Shown here in pieces: positions 58,838 to 64,000 of a DNA stretch of 64,000 nucleotides (positions are counted from its first letter, which is position 1; each line of letters starts with the position of its first letter). A program made the translations under genes and the position numbers. Source of the DNA: an uncultured Gammaproteobacteria bacterium (lineage in GTDB: Bacteria; Patescibacteriota; Microgenomatia; Levybacterales; UBA12049); the NCBI GenBank assembly GCA_964497535.1, contig CAZCCG010000002.1, positions 104,227-168,226 of the forward strand, read 5' to 3'. Under the pieces are notes generated by a model, which worked only from the letters and a program-made list of their open reading frames with translations, was not told the DNA's origin and searched no databases.

Positions 58838-60187
58838 CTATTGGCACTTTACTGTTACAGAGGGAGAAAATGCTGACCAATTATTACTATTTTGTGACGT
58901 CGTATAGGCATATTGTGCATAATATGTCGTACCAGAGTTGAGAATAAAACCGGTATTCAAATTCTGGTTGGCACCGGGATTATTTGGGGTAACCACAGAA
59001 TTCATAGTATTATTTGCATTACTTGAGGTACCTATTGTTACGAGATATTGTTGTACGTTTGCAAGATTGGCTTTCGTATTATAATTGATAGTCGCTTCAC
59101 GCATACTTCCCTGCTGTTGATTGCTACAATTGGCAGTAATAGTATTGCCAGGAGTTCCTGTGCTTGGAGCTTGTATTGTAAGTACTTCTCCGGATGCTGG
59201 GGCGGCAATTGTCAAAACTTGAGATTGTGAAAATGGTTGATTATTGACCCATAAATATGCCTGAACGTCATATGATACTCCTGCAGTTGCACCGTTCCAA
59301 TTCCAATTCATACCGTTTCCTGCAGAAAGTCCTGATGCTGCTTGGCTAAAGGTACCTCCACCACTGCGGCGTACTCCCAGACTAACTGTTGCATTATTTG
59401 GTATGTTCCCGTTGAAATTGATAGTACCTGAAAGGCTAACTTTTGACGGAGCAGCGGCAACAGCTGGCGCGGGTGGAGTAACTGTGGAGTTAATAGTAAG
59501 TGTTTCGTCATCAGCAGGCCCTGCGGTTTGGATCGTTGATCCCGTAACGATTGTATCTCCATTTTGTACAAGAATCGGTCGGATTGTATATTTAACTCCT
59601 TCTTGAGCATCTGTCCAACTCCACGTACTGCCATCAGTAGGTGCAAGATCTGATTGGATTGTTTGGTAATCGCTGCTTCCTGCTTCTTTGGCTTGTATTG
59701 TTATCGTGCTTCCCGATGGGATATAACCGTTTATATTGAGTGCTCCTACTATCGTTGTTTTTTTCGGTTGTGCGGGCTTTTCTACTGCTAAAATTCTAAG
59801 TGATGCGTTATCGGTTGGTGCCACAATTTGGGTAATGTTTGATTGAGTAGTAGCGGCATTGTTTTGCATGACATATGCTTGAAGTTCATAAGTAACTCCT
59901 GACTCAGCGCCCTCCCAACTCCATGTTGCTCGATCTTTTGCCGGCACCTGGGTTACAACGATATTAAATTGCCGTGCTCCAAGTTTTCGTGCTCCTATAG
60001 AAATTGTTGAACCCTCTGGTACATCCCCATCCAAATCAATTACTCCATCAATACCTGAAACATTATTTTTTGTGTTTTGGGGAATAATAGTAATAGGAGA
60101 TTTCGTACCACTTGCAGAAAACCACCCGATAATTCCAATAATAATCAGAAGAAGAATAATGATGCCAAGCAAAAATTTAGTGCTCAT
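58838..60187 (-). CDS. Membrane-anchored secreted protein with three internal ~95-aa repeats
   Basis: N-terminal TM helix. Three repeats each contain a (S/N)W(S/N)W...GV(T/K/S)Y core. Confidence 0.5.
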   Translation of the reverse strand: MSTKFLLGIIILLLIIIGIIGWFSASGTKSPITIIPQNTKNNVSGIDGVIDLDGDVPEGSTISIGARKLGARQFNIVVTQVPAKDRATWSWEGAESGVTYELQAYVMQNNAATTQSNITQIVAPTDNASLRILAVEKPAQPKKTTIVGALNINGYIPSGSTITIQAKEAGSSDYQTIQSDLAPTDGSTWSWTDAQEGVKYTIRPILVQNGDTIVTGSTIQTAGPADDETLTINSTVTPPAPAVAAAPSKVSLSGTINFNGNIPNNATVSLGVRRSGGGTFSQAASGLSAGNGMNWNWNGATAGVSYDVQAYLWVNNQPFSQSQVLTIAAPASGEVLTIQAPSTGTPGNTITANCSNQQQGSMREATINYNTKANLANVQQYLVTIGTSSNANNTMNSVVTPNNPGANQNLNTGFILNSGTTYYAQYAYTTSQNSNNWSAFSPSVTVKCQ

Positions 60188-60280
60188 CTATATTGCTCAT
60201 TCTCCAAAAATTCGCTACCTTTGTCAAGATATCAAAACTCAAGCATTATGCAATTTACTTTAATTGTTAGAAGTTAGTAG

Positions 60281-60793
60281 TTATATTCCGCATTGCTCAC
60301 TGTGTTTTTCAATTGACTGTATATATTGTTTGGTAACTTCATTTTTAAGATAACTCTTGCTATTGCCGTGACTACCCACCAGAACTATCAAACTGTCATA
60401 TGGATGAATTTGCACAGAAAGAAAATCAGGTGCTTTTTTTCCGTTTATATACGCACTCATCGGTTTTGATGTATCAAAAGAATATTTTAAATTAGTAAAA
60501 AGATCACTCCAATACACCGGTTCCCGATGTACATGCACCACATCACCTACCAACTCATGCAAATGAGCTTTTTCTATCTGTTCGTCTTCATGTTCTACAT
60601 TTTTTGCAACAGTACATGGTTTTTCATGCATATATTCAGGTTTGGCAAAGTCAACTTGTTTTCCATTTACATAGACTTGAAAACCGGCATGATAATGAAC
60701 ATGTTTCAATTCAGGATGGTTAAAAAAGGAGAGAGCTGCCATTCCCATGAAAAGCACAACAATAATTGTTATTGGTATAAAATATTTTTGCAT
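60281..60793 (-). CDS. Hypothetical membrane-anchored His-rich protein
   Basis: N-terminal TM helix and HVHYH / HLHEL / HVH clusters. Confidence 0.4.
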   Translation of the reverse strand: MQKYFIPITIIVVLFMGMAALSFFNHPELKHVHYHAGFQVYVNGKQVDFAKPEYMHEKPCTVAKNVEHEDEQIEKAHLHELVGDVVHVHREPVYWSDLFTNLKYSFDTSKPMSAYINGKKAPDFLSVQIHPYDSLIVLVGSHGNSKSYLKNEVTKQYIQSIEKHSEQCGI

Positions 60794-60930
60794 ACAAGCA
60801 TTGTATTAATTCCATCATTTTAAGTCAACAAAACGAAACGGAAAATGTATTTTGTATTTATTATTATTGACAATCCTGCAATTCTCCTCTACTATTTCTA
60901 TAACTCTTCAATTAGAAAGGAGGTGAGTAC

Positions 60931-61482
60931 ATGAAATTACAAAACTTATGGTGGCTCCTTCTCCTGCAAGGACTTTTTCTTATTCTTTTCGGATTTGTAG
61001 CAATCGCTTGGCCAGGACTTACTTTTGTAACACTTGTTTTCATATTTGCGATTTATATTTTACTTTCCGGAGTTTTAAACATTATACATAGTGTTATTGG
61101 AACCAAAGATCATCAATACTGGTTCTTAACTTTGGTCTTAGGAATAGTAGAAGTTTCTGCAGGTGTCTATGCACTCAATAACCCAGGAATAAGTATTGCT
61201 ATATTGGTTCTTCTTATTGGATTTACCTTTATTGTGCGCGGGGTATTGGGCGTCATTTCAGCATTTGCTCCCATGTATACAGATACCCATAAACTTCTTC
61301 TTATTGTAATCGGAGTTTTGAGTGTAGTAGCTGGAATTATTGTGTTGAGGTATCCAGTAGCTGGTACTCTCGCTTTTACATGGGTTATCGGTGTCTACGC
61401 ACTCATTGCCGGAGCGATTATGATTGCTCTTTCAATTTCGGTAAAAGATCTTACTCAGTCGCGTTCCAAAAGATCCCGATAA
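60931..61482 (+). CDS. HdeD/DUF308 family membrane protein
   Basis: Six TM helices with the typical LLLQGLFLILFGFVAIAWPG start. Confidence 0.65.
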   Translation: MKLQNLWWLLLLQGLFLILFGFVAIAWPGLTFVTLVFIFAIYILLSGVLNIIHSVIGTKDHQYWFLTLVLGIVEVSAGVYALNNPGISIAILVLLIGFTFIVRGVLGVISAFAPMYTDTHKLLLIVIGVLSVVAGIIVLRYPVAGTLAFTWVIGVYALIAGAIMIALSISVKDLTQSRSKRSR

Positions 61483-61559
61483 GAATCCGTATTTCAATAA
61501 ATAACACTGAGTTAAATCGGTGTTATTTATGTGAGCAGGATATATCAATATTATAATAT

Positions 61560-62327
61560 ATGGTTGCTAAAGAATTAACAGAATATATTAGAAAAGCCCG
61601 AAAGAGCAATTTATCAGATAACCAAATCAGATACAAGCTCGTAACTGGAGGGTGGCCGGCAGAAGATGTCGATCATGCTCTTATTCAGACTAATGATCCT
61701 TCTCTCTTTTCTCAAATTCCTACCCGTATATGGATAGGCGGAGCTACTGTTCTTTGCGTATTGATAGGACTTGTGTTGATCTCTCCATTTATTTCTGCTG
61801 CCATCAATAGTTTTGTTACGGCACATACTCCTTCTCATTGTTCTATTCCATTTAATACAAGCAATAACGACATACTGTTCCAAAAGGCAAATGGAGAAAG
61901 TATCAAGATATCAAGTAAAACATATCATTATACTTTTATATCTCCTTGCACACTTTCTCCCTCCGTCGATCCTTCTCAAATCTCCACCAGTAGTACCATA
62001 CGTTTCTTCAATCAATTCCGCCTCAAAAGAAATTCATATGCTCATGCTTCCATCGATTTTCTGACAACTATTGTAAAAGAAGATCAGGAAAAAATAAACT
62101 CAGTACTGGTTATAAATTCAACTGCCGTCACCCAAGTTGTTATAAATAAGATCTCCTGGACAAAATTTGATAATAAGAAAGAAAAAAATACATGGTATGT
62201 AACTACAAAAGATAATATAATGTATCGATTTATTCTGGTTTATGATAATACTAAGATACCGCAGGAATTTCAAAAAGAAAAACAAGCACTTGAGACTATG
62301 CTTTCGACATTTTCTATGACTCAATGA
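61560..62327 (+). CDS. Hypothetical protein with one TM helix
   Basis: No recognised motif. Confidence 0.4.
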   Translation: MVAKELTEYIRKARKSNLSDNQIRYKLVTGGWPAEDVDHALIQTNDPSLFSQIPTRIWIGGATVLCVLIGLVLISPFISAAINSFVTAHTPSHCSIPFNTSNNDILFQKANGESIKISSKTYHYTFISPCTLSPSVDPSQISTSSTIRFFNQFRLKRNSYAHASIDFLTTIVKEDQEKINSVLVINSTAVTQVVINKISWTKFDNKKEKNTWYVTTKDNIMYRFILVYDNTKIPQEFQKEKQALETMLSTFSMTQ

Positions 62328-62335
62328 AAGTGAAA

Positions 62336-63094
62336 TTACGTTAGTGTTACGCAAACTGGAAAATGATCAGAGGCTACATTTGTTAATTCATTTTTTATTA
62401 CGTGATACTCTTTGAGATAAGGACCCAATAATGTAGAGAGAAAAATGTAATCCAATCGCAAAGCTGCATGAGCCGCATCTGTGCTTGATGGGGTGGGAAC
62501 AGTATTTTCACCATTTTTCATAAAATCGAGCGCTGCATCAATATACCCTGATCTAAAAACTTTTTCTACTACATCAAAACGAAGCTTCCCCCTATCTGCA
62601 AACTTTTTCAATTGGGTAGTATTGAAAGATTCAACAATCTCCGGATTATAATTATCTCTTGGTGACAATGAATTAAAGTCTCCCATAAGAATTGAATTTT
62701 TATAATTATTTTGAAATGAAAGAACGGTATCAATCTCTTTGAGTCGTATGTCTTCAGAGTAAGGGGCCAAATGTAGACTGGCAATAGAAAGTTCTCCAAG
62801 CGGAGAATCAATAAGAGCTACCATGCAAGCCCGCATGAAATTATTTAGTTTAAAAACTTTTTTGAGGGGATATTTGGAAAAGATTGCTACATGATAATCA
62901 AATTCGCTAGACTGTGCCACATCAAAGAAAGGTAATTGTGTAGTATCAGCAAATCTTTTGATAATATTTTTATCTAAAAACATATTTGCTTCGTTAATAG
63001 TTAAATAGTCCGGCGACCGCTGCTTGATTACTTGAGCAATTGTGGGTAATCTCTTTGCTCCTCCATCCAAAATGTTATATGTCATCAATTTCAT
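62336..63094 (-). CDS. Endonuclease/exonuclease/phosphatase (EEP) family protein
   Basis: MTYNIL...NEAN N-terminal motifs and SDHFPV at the C-terminus. Confidence 0.75.
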   Translation of the reverse strand: MKLMTYNILDGGAKRLPTIAQVIKQRSPDYLTINEANMFLDKNIIKRFADTTQLPFFDVAQSSEFDYHVAIFSKYPLKKVFKLNNFMRACMVALIDSPLGELSIASLHLAPYSEDIRLKEIDTVLSFQNNYKNSILMGDFNSLSPRDNYNPEIVESFNTTQLKKFADRGKLRFDVVEKVFRSGYIDAALDFMKNGENTVPTPSSTDAAHAALRLDYIFLSTLLGPYLKEYHVIKNELTNVASDHFPVCVTLT

Positions 63095-63095
63095 A

Positions 63096-63512
63096 TCACT
63101 CCCAAGGGAATACTTTAACCTCAGTTACTTCTTTCAGAAAATAATCAGGTTTTATCTGGGTGATCGGCATTGTATACAAACAGGTTGTTGTCACACGGAC
63201 TCCTTTTCCTTCAAGATATTTCTTTGCAACAATCAAACTCTTTCCCGTCTCAAGCATATCCTCAACGAGTAAAATATCTTTCCCGGAAATATTTTCTACA
63301 ATGTCTGTTGTTACTTTTCTATCCTCCCCTATTTTTTTGACCGTTAAACAATACATATCTTTTACTTCCAAATTCCTCGACAATAATCGGGCAGGTATAA
63401 TCCCACCTTTCACAATTCCAATAACGATATCCGGCGTAATATCTATTTTGGTAGAGAGTTTTTCAATTTCATTTTCACATTCTTCCCACGTCATAAAACT
63501 TTTACCTTTCAT
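63096..63512 (-). CDS. Type I phosphoribosyltransferase (purine PRTase-like)
   Basis: PRPP-binding motif ILLVEDMLETGKSL. Confidence 0.7.
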   Translation of the reverse strand: MKGKSFMTWEECENEIEKLSTKIDITPDIVIGIVKGGIIPARLLSRNLEVKDMYCLTVKKIGEDRKVTTDIVENISGKDILLVEDMLETGKSLIVAKKYLEGKGVRVTTTCLYTMPITQIKPDYFLKEVTEVKVFPWE

Positions 63513-63585
63513 GAGCTTATGATAGCAGAGGTATATTCTTTTTTCTACTTTCTTTTACTTTTTATACTCTATTTACTTTTGAAGA

Positions 63586-64000
63586 TTACATTTTCCCTTG
63601 TGATTTGAGGCGTCGTGCTTCTACTTCGTCCAGAATCTTTTTTCGGATTCTGATATTTTTTGGTGTTACTTCTACCAATTCATCATCAGCGATGTATTCC
63701 AATGCGTCTTCAAGTCCCATGATTTTAGGAGTATTTTGTTTCAGGTTTGTCCCTTCTCCTTTTGAGCGCATATTACTGAGTTGTTTGGTTTTGCAAACAT
63801 TGATACTCATATCATCAGGACGAGCATTTTGGCCTACCACTTCTCCTTTATATATTTGGGTAGCGGGTCCAATAAACAATGTCCCTCGGTCTTGTGCATT
63901 CACGAGTCCATACAAATTGCTAACGCCACTCTCATGGGCGACAAGTGATCCTTGTTCACGCTTCACACTAAATCCGTCATCCGGTCGATATTCCAAAAAC
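63586..64000 (-). CDS. typA: Translational GTPase TypA/BipA, C-terminal part (gene continues beyond window end)
   Basis: The C-terminal ...ADDELVEVTPKNIRIRKKILD...RRLK tail is characteristic of BipA. The sequence is truncated at the window edge. Confidence 0.75.
   Translation of the reverse strand, partial: FLEYRPDDGFSVKREQGSLVAHESGVSNLYGLVNAQDRGTLFIGPATQIYKGEVVGQNARPDDMSINVCKTKQLSNMRSKGEGTNLKQNTPKIMGLEDALEYIADDELVEVTPKNIRIRKKILDEVEARRLKSQGKM

Noticed and set aside
1-64000. CRISPR arrays, rRNA genes and additional tRNAs
   Set aside because: I scanned all intergenic regions longer than 60 nt. I found no regularly spaced direct repeats with unique spacers, no rRNA-like conserved blocks, and only the single tRNA-Val.

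Overview
This 64-kb window comes from a low-GC (~35%) bacterium using the standard genetic code: TGA is a stop and many genes overlap as ATGA. The gene content is lean and envelope-centred (ParB, L21/L27, FtsW/RodA, IleS, LepB, sortase, DsbA/B, very little biosynthesis), which is reminiscent of Patescibacteria/CPR-like organisms; that assignment is inference only.

Layout of the window:
- 0.1-12.7 kb: a cell-surface glycan locus. It holds a GT-C (PMT/ArnT-like) transferase, a nucleotide-sugar dehydrogenase, an epimerase/dehydratase, a DPM1-like GT2 fused to a large membrane domain, a TylC3-type sugar C-methyltransferase, an RmlD-like reductase, a CapD-like 4,6-dehydratase, GT2 and GT4 transferases, and a SAM methyltransferase.
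- 12.7-15.9 kb: a ~1060-aa surface protein with a C39-like papain-fold domain.
- 16.0-28.6 kb: a compositionally anomalous, mosaic segment (~45-55% GC). It is bounded by copies of a REP-like palindromic repeat, starts next to an IS200-like/RAYT HUH transposase and ends at the 3' end of tRNA-Val(CAC). It encodes a sigma-70 factor, a FabG-like SDR, two pairs of tandem paralogous hypothetical proteins and several acidic ORFans. Low-GC genes (THUMP RNA methyltransferase, Cof-type HAD phosphatase, SemiSWEET) sit in its middle.
- 28.8-35 kb: core genes lepB, parB, rpmA, rplU, ftsW/rodA and ileS. ileS carries an in-frame 3 x 24-bp tandem repeat.
- 35-51 kb: a PurD-like ATP-grasp protein, a FAD oxidoreductase translationally coupled to a Rieske protein, folP-folK-folE plus a DHFR-family protein, Tag glycosylase, assorted hydrolases, and an RND efflux pair (adaptor plus permease).
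- 51-60 kb: a cell-envelope module: DsbA/DsbB, an LPATG protein, an L,D-transpeptidase, VanW-like and RsiV-like proteins, an OatA-like acyltransferase, a sortase and repeat-containing secreted proteins.
- 60-64 kb: an HdeD-like membrane protein, an EEP nuclease/phosphatase, a PRTase and the C-terminal part of TypA/BipA.

I found no rRNA genes and no CRISPR arrays. All functional calls rest on recognising motifs in the translated ORFs. No database search was run.
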